NCBI GenBank assembly: GCA_040048245.1
Contig: JABRVT010000055.1
Coordinates: 16,975-80,974, forward strand
Length of the DNA: 64,000 nt
Source of the DNA: Candidatus Brocadia sp.
GTDB lineage: Bacteria > Planctomycetota > Brocadiia > Brocadiales > Brocadiaceae
Direction of reading: 5' to 3'
This document shows, in pieces, positions 9,408 to 18,540 of this stretch; within the stretch, counting starts at the first letter, position 1; each line of letters starts with the position of its first letter. Position numbers and translations under genes: made by a program. The notes under the pieces are model-generated. The model saw only the letters and a program-made list of their open reading frames with translations. It searched no databases and was not told the DNA's origin.

Positions 9408-10329
9408 TTTTATGACCACTTCAACGCTTATAGCATCAAAGGAACAATCGTGTCAGACACTCCTGGCTTCCGGGCACACCGCCTGCACCGGCTGTGGTGA
9501 AGCGCTCGCCGCAAAGCTCGTACTGGGTGCGGCAGGTCCGAATGTAATTGTGACAGATGCCACGGGGTGTCTGGAGGTCTTTACCACACGGTTTCCTCAA
9601 TCATCATGGGAAGTTCCTTTCATCCACTCACTATTTGAAAATTCGGCTGCCGTGGCATCCGGTATCGAGGCTGCCCTGAAGGCTTTGGGAAGACAGAACG
9701 AGGCAAAGGTCATTGCACAGGGTGGTGACGGTGGAACGGCAGATATCGGCCTCCAGGCGCTCAGCGGTATGCTGGAAAGGGGGCATAATATCCTTTATGT
9801 TTGTTACGATAATGAGGCGTATATGAACACCGGCGTGCAGCGTAGCGGTCTGACGCCCTTCGACTGCATGACAACGACCAGTCCCTATGGGGAGTTTTCG
9901 TGGGGGAATAAACACAACAAAAAAGACATGCCCGGCATTGCTGCCGCCCACAACATTCCATACGTTGCAACAGCCTCTGTGTCGTTCCCGAAAGATATTG
10001 AAAACAAGGTAAAAAAGGCGCTTTCTATATCAGGTCCAAAATATCTGCAAATACACTCGCCATGTCCACTGGGCTGGAAATCAAATCCACAGCTCACCAT
10101 CAAGGTCGCCAAATTAGCCGTACAGACAGGACTGTATCCCATCTTTGAAATGGAGAATGGCAAAATAACAAAGGTAAGAAAGGTTACTATTCCCAGAACG
10201 CCAGTGGAAGAATACCTGAAGATCCAGGGCCGCTTCGCCCATCTCTTCAGGTCTCCAAACGGCAAGGAAGAAATACAGAAGATTCAGGCAATTGCAGACA
10301 GGAATATTGAGAAATATGGATTAGCCTGA
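9394..10329 (+). CDS. porB: Pyruvate/2-oxoacid:ferredoxin oxidoreductase beta subunit (TPP-binding)
   Basis: GHTACTGCGE, ATGCLEV, GGDGG...DNEAYMNTG, HSPCPLGW. Confidence 0.93.
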   Translation: MGVNNFMTTSTLIASKEQSCQTLLASGHTACTGCGEALAAKLVLGAAGPNVIVTDATGCLEVFTTRFPQSSWEVPFIHSLFENSAAVASGIEAALKALGRQNEAKVIAQGGDGGTADIGLQALSGMLERGHNILYVCYDNEAYMNTGVQRSGLTPFDCMTTTSPYGEFSWGNKHNKKDMPGIAAAHNIPYVATASVSFPKDIENKVKKALSISGPKYLQIHSPCPLGWKSNPQLTIKVAKLAVQTGLYPIFEMENGKITKVRKVTIPRTPVEEYLKIQGRFAHLFRSPNGKEEIQKIQAIADRNIEKYGLA

Positions 10330-10330
10330 T

Positions 10331-11158
10331 ATGCAAATTTATTTAAACATTTTAAACACAAGGACGATTCCCCTTGCAATGTCAATTTTTATGCTATTGA
10401 CAGATTCTTATAAATCGCTGGCTTACAGTAAAGAATTGAGCAGCATTGGCGAGCGTTTCCACCATGAAACTTTCCTGACATGGCATGGTGTTATAGGGGA
10501 TTTATTTAGAGGCAAGCCGGAGAAGCCGCCGCCATATAAGCAATATCCCGATTCAGAATCAATAAAGCTACCGGAACCGGCATACCAGGGAATGTCCCTT
10601 GAAAAGTCCATTGAAAAGCGTCGTTCAGTTCGCAATTATTCCGGCAAGCCACTTACCCTGCCACAGGTATCCCGATTGCTGTTTTCAGCACAAGGGATAA
10701 CGGGTAAGATATATGATCAGCCGCTTCGCACGGCGCCTTCTGCCGGCGCACTTTATCCCTTTGAGATTTACATCGTTGCCAACAGTGTAGAAGGACTGGT
10801 TCCGGGTATCTATCATTATGACGTTCTGAATCATTCACTGGAACTGATAAAACCAGGGAATTTCAAAAAAGAGATTACCAATGCCGGGTTAAAGCAGGAG
10901 ATGCTGGGAGATGCCAATGTTGTCTTTGTGTTATCGGCCATCTTTGACCGTATTCGCTACAAATATGGCGAGCGGGGTTTTCGTTACATATACATGGAGG
11001 CAGGGCATATCAGCCAGAACATTTACCTGCAGGCAGTTTCTCTGGGACTTGGTTCTGTGAGCGTAGGCGCATTTCTGGATGAAGAGGCAAACCGTCTTAT
11101 TGGCATCGATGGTAAAAAGGAGGCCGTTATTTACCTGCATGCGGTAGGAACTTTGTAG
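10331..11158 (+). CDS. SagB/ThcOx-family nitroreductase-like flavoprotein with an N-terminal extension
   Basis: RRSVRNYS, RTAPSAGALYP, YMEAGHISQN, SVGAFLD. Confidence 0.88.
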   Translation: MQIYLNILNTRTIPLAMSIFMLLTDSYKSLAYSKELSSIGERFHHETFLTWHGVIGDLFRGKPEKPPPYKQYPDSESIKLPEPAYQGMSLEKSIEKRRSVRNYSGKPLTLPQVSRLLFSAQGITGKIYDQPLRTAPSAGALYPFEIYIVANSVEGLVPGIYHYDVLNHSLELIKPGNFKKEITNAGLKQEMLGDANVVFVLSAIFDRIRYKYGERGFRYIYMEAGHISQNIYLQAVSLGLGSVSVGAFLDEEANRLIGIDGKKEAVIYLHAVGTL

Positions 11159-11185
11159 TATCTTTCAAAAATAATTACGATACTT

Positions 11186-11419
11186 TTGCATGTAGCCGTG
11201 CAGGAAATGAAGCGTGACGTAAATTACATAATCAGTATCTTGCTCATATTTTCCCTCTCCATTACCGGAATTGTGGGTTATGTACAATCAAGGCTTGAAC
11301 TCCGCAGGTTTGTTCCCCATAGCTATTTTGCCTATGTTACTTTAATTCTTGCGGCCCTGCATGTATTACTGAACTGGGGTAAGGTATGGCGCTACCTGCA
11401 CAGAAAACTTAAGAGATAA
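11186..11419 (+). CDS. Small two-TM membrane protein, DUF4405-like
   Basis: SITGI...HSYFAYVTLILAALHVLLNW with two intramembrane His residues. Confidence 0.6.
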   Translation: MHVAVQEMKRDVNYIISILLIFSLSITGIVGYVQSRLELRRFVPHSYFAYVTLILAALHVLLNWGKVWRYLHRKLKR

Positions 11420-11485
11420 TTGCCGGATTGACCCTGTTAAGAAATCCCCTAAACTATACATAGCGGCACAAGTTTACAACTGTCT

Positions 11486-11547
11486 GTCATTCCGGGCTTG
11501 ACCTGGAATCCAGTATTTTCCCGGATTTCCGTTTCCGAGGAAATGAC
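11486..11547. repeat. GTCATTCCGG...GGAATCC...GGAAATGAC palindromic repeat
   Basis: GTCATTCCGGGCTTGACCTGGAATCCAG...CCGGATTTCC...GGAAATGAC stem-loop just after a gene end. Confidence 0.55.
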
Positions 11548-11715
11548 ATATTCGTATCTGATTAATGACGCCCGTGTATATAAGGTAAAGAGTTGTGCGT
11601 GCAGAACAATTGCTGCAAATCAAAGAATGTTTCTTCCAAAGGTAGTCTAATCTCCGAGTTGTTGGGAGTTTCCTCCCAACAGCCGGTTTGTTTTTAACAC
11701 GACCGTGTTACGAAA

Positions 11716-14112
11716 TTGAACAAATACCTGAAAGATATAGCTCCCCATAGTATTCTGGCAGCAGTATCAGTCATTATTTTTATTAACACCCTGAGCAATA
11801 CCTTTGTTTATGATGACTCTGCAACTATTGTAAACAACAACCTGATCAAGAACTGGAAAAACCTTCACTCAGTCTTCTCCATTCATTACTTTATCCTCTC
11901 TGGTGAGCTTAGTTATCGTCCCGCCGTTACGCTATCTTATTTCGCCGATTATTCCTTTTGGGGTTTAAATCCCGCGGGTTTTCATTTTACAAACATCCTC
12001 CTGCAAGCGGCAAATACCGTATTGTTTTATATCTTTCTTAAACAGGTTACAAAGGCAAGTACAGTAGCCTTTATTTCAGCATTATTATTTACCACCCATC
12101 CGGTCATTACCGAGACGGTAAACTCTGTTAGTTATCGGGAAGACCTTCTTGCCTCACTCTTCCTCTTAATCACCTTCATCTTATTTCTGAAAATTGATGG
12201 AAAATCTTTGAGCCGGTATAAATTTGTGGCGTATTATACCGGTTCCTTATTCTCTTATTTTCTGTCCCTCTTTTCAAAGGAAACGGCGGTTACGCTACCT
12301 GTCCTGGTTGTGCTTTTTAACGCCTTTTATACAATTTCAGCCAGACCCCTTCGGTCAATTATAAAAAAGGTAAAAGGTATTTATACCGGCTATTTTATCA
12401 TCACCGTTTTTTATCTGCTTATCCGGTTCGTGCTGTTCCGGCATGTGTACATCAGATTAGACCAGACTCAGCAAGGCCTGTTTGTTATGGTTAAGGTTAT
12501 CGCTTCGTATATCAAACTCCTGTTTTTTCCGTTCAATCTAAATGCAGATTATGTGGTTCCACCGGCAACGTCGGGAATACCCGCTTTTATAATCTCGATA
12601 CTTTTTGTAACTGCGACCGTCGTCCTTCTAATACGTCTATGTCAGAATAACAAACAATACGGGTTTTTTGCATCATGGTTCTTTGTTGCGCTTTTGCCGG
12701 TATTAAACATAATTCCCATAGGAAATATAATGGCGGAGCGTTATCTCTATATGCCCGTCATGGGTTTCTCAGGGGTTATTGGCATTCTTGTTCAAAAGTG
12801 TACCCTGAAAAAAAACTTTGCTGCAATATGCCTGGGAATCATTATTATTACCTTCAGCGTTGCCAGTGTCCACCGGAACGGTATATGGCGGGATGAATCC
12901 ACTCTGTGGCATTCAACCGTCAGTCGTGAGCCTGGCAGTACCCGTGCACATCACAATCTCGGCGTTGTTTATAGTTCACAAGGTTTCTATGACTATGCCG
13001 AATCTGAATATAAAAAAACGCTTGAAATTAACTCCAGGGATGCAGAGTCACACTATAACATGGGAAATATCTATGAAAAGAGAGGGATGCTGGATGCAGC
13101 CATCAAAGAATATCAGGAGGCATTGCGATACAATCCGTTTCATGCAAACGCCTGTAATAATCTTGGTGGCATATATAAAAACAAACATCTTTTCGAGAGC
13201 GCTGTTGAGCTATATAAAAAAGCAATCCAATACAATCCTTTCAATCCATATTATTACAGCAATCTTGGACTTGCATACCATGAAAACAAGCTTTACCAGG
13301 AGGCTATTACAGAGTTTCAAAGGGCGTTACAGATAAGCCCCTATAACTCCTCCCTGCATAACAATCTGGGAAACACTTACAGGGAGATGGGAAATTTTGG
13401 AGAGGCATTGACTGAGTACAAAACGGCGCTGAAGCTGGACCAGAAAAACTCTGATACCCATAACAATCTGGGAATTTTTTACATGGGTGCAGGGCAATTT
13501 GATAGTGCTATCAATGAATTTGATATCGCAATTCGACTCAATCCAAAATTGGCCAATGCGCACAACAACCTTGGCATCGCATATGCAAAAAAAGGAAATC
13601 CCCAGATGGCTGTTAACGAGCTGAATAAAGCTGTCATACTGGGATTTGACAATGCAGATGTGCATAATAATCTTGCGGGGGTATATCTGACAGAGGGTTT
13701 AACCGATAATGCAATTGATGAACTTTTGCTGGCCTTAAAATTTAATCCTGTAGATGGCAATGCCCATTGCAACCTGGGCGTTGCTTATATGTCAAAAAAT
13801 CTTGTGGATGATGCCATTTCTGAGTTTAAAGCGGCAGTAAAATACAATCCAGCCGATGGAGAAATATACTACTATCTTGGAAGCGCCCTTTACCGGAAAG
13901 GGCGATACGGAGAAGCGGCAGAGGCACTTTACCAATCGGTTCATTATCAGCCAGACAATCCATTAGCACACAAAATGCTCGGAATTATTTATGCGAATTA
14001 CATGAACAATTCTTCAGGAGCGCTGTTCCACCTGAACGAAACGCTCAGATTAGACCCCAGGCAACCTATGTCAAGCGAAATAACAGAGGCCATCAGGAAA
14101 CTGAAAAGATAG
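11716..14112 (+). CDS. TMTC-like polytopic membrane glycosyltransferase with a C-terminal TPR array
   Basis: FVYDD, YRPAVTLSY, GFHFTNILL, HPVITETV, ERYLYMP and WRDE motifs, then many HNNLG-type TPR repeats. Confidence 0.85.
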   Translation: MNKYLKDIAPHSILAAVSVIIFINTLSNTFVYDDSATIVNNNLIKNWKNLHSVFSIHYFILSGELSYRPAVTLSYFADYSFWGLNPAGFHFTNILLQAANTVLFYIFLKQVTKASTVAFISALLFTTHPVITETVNSVSYREDLLASLFLLITFILFLKIDGKSLSRYKFVAYYTGSLFSYFLSLFSKETAVTLPVLVVLFNAFYTISARPLRSIIKKVKGIYTGYFIITVFYLLIRFVLFRHVYIRLDQTQQGLFVMVKVIASYIKLLFFPFNLNADYVVPPATSGIPAFIISILFVTATVVLLIRLCQNNKQYGFFASWFFVALLPVLNIIPIGNIMAERYLYMPVMGFSGVIGILVQKCTLKKNFAAICLGIIIITFSVASVHRNGIWRDESTLWHSTVSREPGSTRAHHNLGVVYSSQGFYDYAESEYKKTLEINSRDAESHYNMGNIYEKRGMLDAAIKEYQEALRYNPFHANACNNLGGIYKNKHLFESAVELYKKAIQYNPFNPYYYSNLGLAYHENKLYQEAITEFQRALQISPYNSSLHNNLGNTYREMGNFGEALTEYKTALKLDQKNSDTHNNLGIFYMGAGQFDSAINEFDIAIRLNPKLANAHNNLGIAYAKKGNPQMAVNELNKAVILGFDNADVHNNLAGVYLTEGLTDNAIDELLLALKFNPVDGNAHCNLGVAYMSKNLVDDAISEFKAAVKYNPADGEIYYYLGSALYRKGRYGEAAEALYQSVHYQPDNPLAHKMLGIIYANYMNNSSGALFHLNETLRLDPRQPMSSEITEAIRKLKR

Positions 14113-14137
14113 GTAACTATATAAGTCGGCAGTTTTC

Positions 14138-14518
14138 CTATTTTTGATACCATTTCCCATCCTGGTCCTGCAACCATTCTCCCTTCTTTGCCATGCTTGA
14201 AATCTTCAGCGCCCTGCGTTGTCCAACCTCTTTTACACTCACCCGTTCTTTTTGGGCGATTGCAGTATAAACCTTTGTTCTGTCCTGGTTTTCTGCCTGA
14301 ACAACATCCTCTTTTTCGCGATTTTTACCAATAAATTCCAAGAATCCCAGAGCGTTCTCTCCGATTATCCCTCTGGACTTTAAATCAATAATAACGGGAA
14401 GACGTTTTTCCATATTTGCTTTTATGGTATTTAAATCATCAGCCGTAGTTAAAGCATTCATGAAAAAACTGCCAAAAATCATTACTAACGCGAAAGATGC
14501 CCAAAATTTTCCTTTCAT
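14138..14518 (-). CDS. ydbL: DUF1318 / YdbL-family protein
   Basis: GIIGENALGFL, ENQDRTKVYTAIA, GEWLQDQDGKW; last gene of a ydbH-ynbE-ydbL triplet. Confidence 0.8.
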   Translation of the reverse strand: MKGKFWASFALVMIFGSFFMNALTTADDLNTIKANMEKRLPVIIDLKSRGIIGENALGFLEFIGKNREKEDVVQAENQDRTKVYTAIAQKERVSVKEVGQRRALKISSMAKKGEWLQDQDGKWYQK

Positions 14519-14562
14519 TGCATTTTCCTTTCATTGAAGATTACAAGAGAAAGATATCGCTT

Positions 14563-14784
14563 CTATTGAGCGGATATCGGCGTCTTTTCAGTCTTTATAC
14601 CCTCATATTCCTTTACCGCTTTGTCTAAGTGGCCAAAGAAATTTTCAAGTTCACGGTCGATTTTAATATTCACGTCAATCGTAACTTGCAGCGGCTTCAC
14701 ATCTACTTCCAGTTTGTGTTCAGTTTTACAACCCGTTAAGATAATAAAAAAAGTTACGCATAAAATTCCACAGACGCTCTTCAT
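14563..14784 (-). CDS. ynbE: YnbE-family lipoprotein
   Basis: Lipobox LTGC, then KPLQVTIDVNIKIDREL. Confidence 0.8.
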   Translation of the reverse strand: MKSVCGILCVTFFIILTGCKTEHKLEVDVKPLQVTIDVNIKIDRELENFFGHLDKAVKEYEGIKTEKTPISAQ

Positions 14785-14965
14785 TTTCTTTTCTCCTTAA
14801 TTATATGATTGCTAAGCGCGAAAAACGTTGCCTTCTGCCCGCATTCCTCCTCTGTATTCGAAACCTTGTTTTTCTGAGAGCTTCCTTATCCCTGCTGGAG
14901 TTTATCCTTACAAAGCAGGGAGACATTTTTCCAGTTCCTTGCAGATCTTTTGCTAAGAGATATTT

Positions 14966-17596
14966 TCATTGCAATAATTCACTTATTCCCGCGCGGTAAT
15001 ACAGCATTGCATCCAGCGGCAGTCTGAAATTTATATGAAAATCTATTTGCTGAAAGTTGGCCATTGGTGTTCCCCCTGTTTTATAAAGCCCTATGTCCTT
15101 TTTGAACCCGAATGGCATTAAGCCAGCGGGTCTTCCGCTCATTTGCATCAGGATGAGTAAGTTATCATCTTGGCTTAGCAATGAGAGTTTTGCCCAGTCG
15201 TACGTGAAATTTTTCAGTGCCTCCTGCGCAATTTGCAGTTGTATTGTCTGTTGTGCAACCAGCGCCCCCGGTGAAAGCGCTCCATCATGAAAACGAATGG
15301 TGCCGCCTTTGCCTGGCGTAGAATAAAGGAAACCATCGTGTATTCTTATTTTTCCTTCTTTATAGCGTATTGGAATACGTCCATTCACTGCGCCTTCGCC
15401 ATCTGCGAAGGCTAAGTTAAGCTGCCTCAGGAGTGTTGCAAGGGTAAGGCGGTCGCAGATACAGATGATATCGATATCCCTTTTACCGGATTTTATCTGT
15501 AAGCCGTGCGTATATACATGTCCGTTACACCAGGAAAAACTGCTCTTTCTCAAAAAAACACACGAAGAATCTATCTCAAATTCAGCCTCTCCATCATTGA
15601 TTTCTATATCGCCCCAGGAAAAACGGTTAAATTTGAGAATCTGATCAGGGGCGCTCCGAAAATTCAATAAATCCTTTATTTCAAGATCTAAATCAATACC
15701 GGCCAGTGTTATTTTTCTTTCGGGAGCGTCAATACGGGAATTTTGAATGGCAATGAGGGCGCTGCTGGTTGTTGCACTGCCCGTTGACCGGTATTTTCCT
15801 TTGATACCAAGATTGCCCTCAAAATATATACCTGACAGATGAGGTGAGAATTTTCCAAGATCGATATTGACGATATTCCCGGAATAGGATGATTGAAAAT
15901 CAATTTCCGACAGCAAATTACCCTCATCGCTTATTTCTGCCCTTGCCGAGAAGCCAACACAAAAACGGGAAAGGAAATCCCTGTGTTGTCCAGTAAAACA
16001 AAGACCCGTTCCCTGCTGAGAAGGGATCGCAGAAATGGTTCCAATGTCCATATCGTGATACTTCATGGCACCTACGGTAAAAAATCTTTTCTCCTCCAAC
16101 CGGTATTCTGTCTTTTCCCCCTCCTGCGAAGGGGCCGGCCATTGAAAGGGAATTATGGCATTCATTCTTTCTGCAGAAAAACCTCCTGCGGTGAATTTAG
16201 CGTCAGTCAGTTGAGTAAATGCGTGCATGACAGGATAGTGCGTACTTTGTATTGACATATTCCCGTAAATCTGGAAATCCTTGATGTCGGCATGGAAAGA
16301 ATCTGAATTATAGGTAACGTCAGATACTCTAACGGAAAAATCCGCAGTCCCCTCCGCTGCTATCCCTTTTCCCTGAATTGAAATCGTCTGTGGAGAAAAG
16401 CTGAATGTATCTGTTTGTCTCTGGAATTGCAGAAGTTTCCCTGTATGTTGCAAATTCAGAAGAAAATGCCAGGTATCTCCGCTTTTTGTGCCGGTAAACC
16501 GCATGGGAAAAGCCTCTGAATGGAGCAATTGTAACCCGGCAGGAGATGAAGTATTCCACAGTTCCTGAGAAAAATTCACCAGAAATTCTCCCTGTATTTC
16601 TGTTCCTTCCGGGGAGGATCGGATGCGGCAGGCTGTATTCGGATCCATAGACAATTCAATGGGAAAAGGGGAAAGTATGCAGAAACGGGAAAAGCCTGCA
16701 TGAAGCGCATCCTGTTTTTTAGTGATATCGATGGTTAGCGGCATACTGCCTGGAGAATTCCTGATCCGATAATCCTTGTAGTCTACATTCAGCTCAGAGA
16801 TATTGAGCTGAATGCCTGTCTCATGGGTAAGAAAATTGAGGCGTGTATGAATATCTATCCTGGAAGAGACTTTCAATGCCGGTGCGGTAGTTTTTATATC
16901 CGGATGAAACCACATCTTGAAATCATAGCCAGGAATAACAACCTTTTCAGACGCTAAAAATGGCCTTGCTTTTATGCCAAATGGGATTCTCAGGCTGGAA
17001 TTATCTGATGTGAGGATAATGGTGGCATTGCGGATCTCGAATTCTCCGAAGGTAAGGGGTAAAAATTGGTGAGGGGAATCGTTAGGAATGTTATGATTTT
17101 TTCCAGCATTGCCTTTGAAAAAGTTTTTCATATCAATTCCAGGTATCATAAAACTGCCATCTTTGTATGCAATCCTGATCTCAACGCCGCTGACGACGAC
17201 CTTTTTCACGTGTCTCCTCAGCAAGCCAAATAGGGAATAATCCAGACGAACAGAATCAAGCGATAAAAAGGGATTTTCGGGATATCCCAGCTGCAGGGAG
17301 GCAAGATCGAGCCCTGTCAGACTAAACTTGCGTACTTCGCAGGCGGAACCGGGAAATCCGATGGACTCCGAAAGGAGAGGAAGCAGCCTTCTCTCTAGAA
17401 AAAAGGGGAAGAAAAAAAATATACCATACACAACAAAAAAAACTGTGAATATAAAAAAGATGAAACACAAAATTCCTTTTTTCCCGAGCCGTAAATGCAT
17501 AAATTTAAAAAAAAGTATTGTATAAATCCTTGGTATTCTAAAACCTATTCTACCAAACTTAAATTTTCCTGCCATCGTGGAGAAAGGGCACGGCAT
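14966..17596 (-). CDS. ydbH: YdbH-family AsmA-like intermembrane lipid-transport protein (true start may be downstream, ~17500-17575)
   Basis: N-terminal TM anchor, beta-rich body, C-terminal GAVNGRIP...GGTIRF...ALKNFTYD; operon context. Confidence 0.8.
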   Translation of the reverse strand: MPCPFSTMAGKFKFGRIGFRIPRIYTILFFKFMHLRLGKKGILCFIFFIFTVFFVVYGIFFFFPFFLERRLLPLLSESIGFPGSACEVRKFSLTGLDLASLQLGYPENPFLSLDSVRLDYSLFGLLRRHVKKVVVSGVEIRIAYKDGSFMIPGIDMKNFFKGNAGKNHNIPNDSPHQFLPLTFGEFEIRNATIILTSDNSSLRIPFGIKARPFLASEKVVIPGYDFKMWFHPDIKTTAPALKVSSRIDIHTRLNFLTHETGIQLNISELNVDYKDYRIRNSPGSMPLTIDITKKQDALHAGFSRFCILSPFPIELSMDPNTACRIRSSPEGTEIQGEFLVNFSQELWNTSSPAGLQLLHSEAFPMRFTGTKSGDTWHFLLNLQHTGKLLQFQRQTDTFSFSPQTISIQGKGIAAEGTADFSVRVSDVTYNSDSFHADIKDFQIYGNMSIQSTHYPVMHAFTQLTDAKFTAGGFSAERMNAIIPFQWPAPSQEGEKTEYRLEEKRFFTVGAMKYHDMDIGTISAIPSQQGTGLCFTGQHRDFLSRFCVGFSARAEISDEGNLLSEIDFQSSYSGNIVNIDLGKFSPHLSGIYFEGNLGIKGKYRSTGSATTSSALIAIQNSRIDAPERKITLAGIDLDLEIKDLLNFRSAPDQILKFNRFSWGDIEINDGEAEFEIDSSCVFLRKSSFSWCNGHVYTHGLQIKSGKRDIDIICICDRLTLATLLRQLNLAFADGEGAVNGRIPIRYKEGKIRIHDGFLYSTPGKGGTIRFHDGALSPGALVAQQTIQLQIAQEALKNFTYDWAKLSLLSQDDNLLILMQMSGRPAGLMPFGFKKDIGLYKTGGTPMANFQQIDFHINFRLPLDAMLYYRAGISELLQ

Positions 17597-18204
17597 CGGG
17601 ATAGTGCCCGCGCTGCCTCAATATCAGCCTTTCGGTTGCACCTTATGTAATACGCCCTGGTAACTGTCCACTGCGGGAAAGGTCTCTCTATAAGGACTAA
17701 GGTATTTCCTGCCCCCACATATCCCTCCTGCAGGACACGGAAATACCAGCCGGTCTTTCCTGTCTGTTTAATGTGCAGGGAGAAATCTTTGACCCCCCAT
17801 CGTCGGTCTATCTTCCAGCAGGGCTGACGTGGTTGCGAAATTTGCACAACGGCCCCGCCGACTTTAAACACATCACCAATGCAAACCTCCTCTTCACGTA
17901 AACCACAGGTTGTAAAATTTTCACCGAAGGCACCGTAAGACATATCCTGTACAGAAATTTCCTGTTTCCAGTAAGAGTAGTGCTCGGATGGATACACGTT
18001 AACTGCCTTGTGCGGGCCTCCGTGAACTGATAAGTCTGCCTGTGCATCCCCATCGAGATTAAGTTTTCCCAGCCACACAGGACCACAAACCGCAGTTTTA
18101 AAAATACCAGTTAACCATGGTTTACCGGCCGAATCGTCTGTTTCTGCTTCATCATGCTTTTTTGGTAGGCCAACCTGAATCGAGAGGATTCTTGCTTCTT
18201 TCAT
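17545..18204 (-). CDS. MOSC-domain protein (YiiM-like)
   Basis: DAQADLSVHGGPHKAV, GAFGENF, SQPRQPCWK, TGWYFRVL. Confidence 0.9.
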   Translation of the reverse strand: MKEARILSIQVGLPKKHDEAETDDSAGKPWLTGIFKTAVCGPVWLGKLNLDGDAQADLSVHGGPHKAVNVYPSEHYSYWKQEISVQDMSYGAFGENFTTCGLREEEVCIGDVFKVGGAVVQISQPRQPCWKIDRRWGVKDFSLHIKQTGKTGWYFRVLQEGYVGAGNTLVLIERPFPQWTVTRAYYIRCNRKADIEAARALSRCRALSPRWQENLSLVE

Positions 18205-18245
18205 AATTCGGAATCATTGATCGAAAAGGGAAATTCGAACATTTT

Positions 18246-18449
18246 TTATGACAAAATTCTAATTGATGAAACCATAAGATTACGCCCTAATTCCGCAACA
18301 TTAGTCCCCTGAAACCTGAGCCTCACCAAGATCGCAGTCAATTCTGCATCCGTCAAAGAGTGCAGTCCTCTGCTTAGCAGTCGTTCTCCTGGATGCTCAT
18401 CGACAGGCCATGAAACAATCCCTTTGAATCTCCTTTGCTTCATTTTCAT
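18246..18449 (-). pseudogene. radC: Truncated RadC (JAB) N-terminal fragment
   Basis: SWPVDEHPGERLLSRGLHSLTDAELTAIL matches the RadC N-terminus; the ORF stops at 67 aa with no JAB domain. Confidence 0.75.
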
Positions 18450-18540
18450 AGCCTCTCCATAAAAAGCTCACAATATTTCTATATCGTTTAAATCTGTATC
18501 AGTCACTTCGGTTGATTCCTGGCACAGTTTTTTAAACATC

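Noticed and set aside
10331-11158. RiPP (TOMM) cluster based on the SagB domain
   Set aside because: No YcaO, precursor peptide or transporter nearby.
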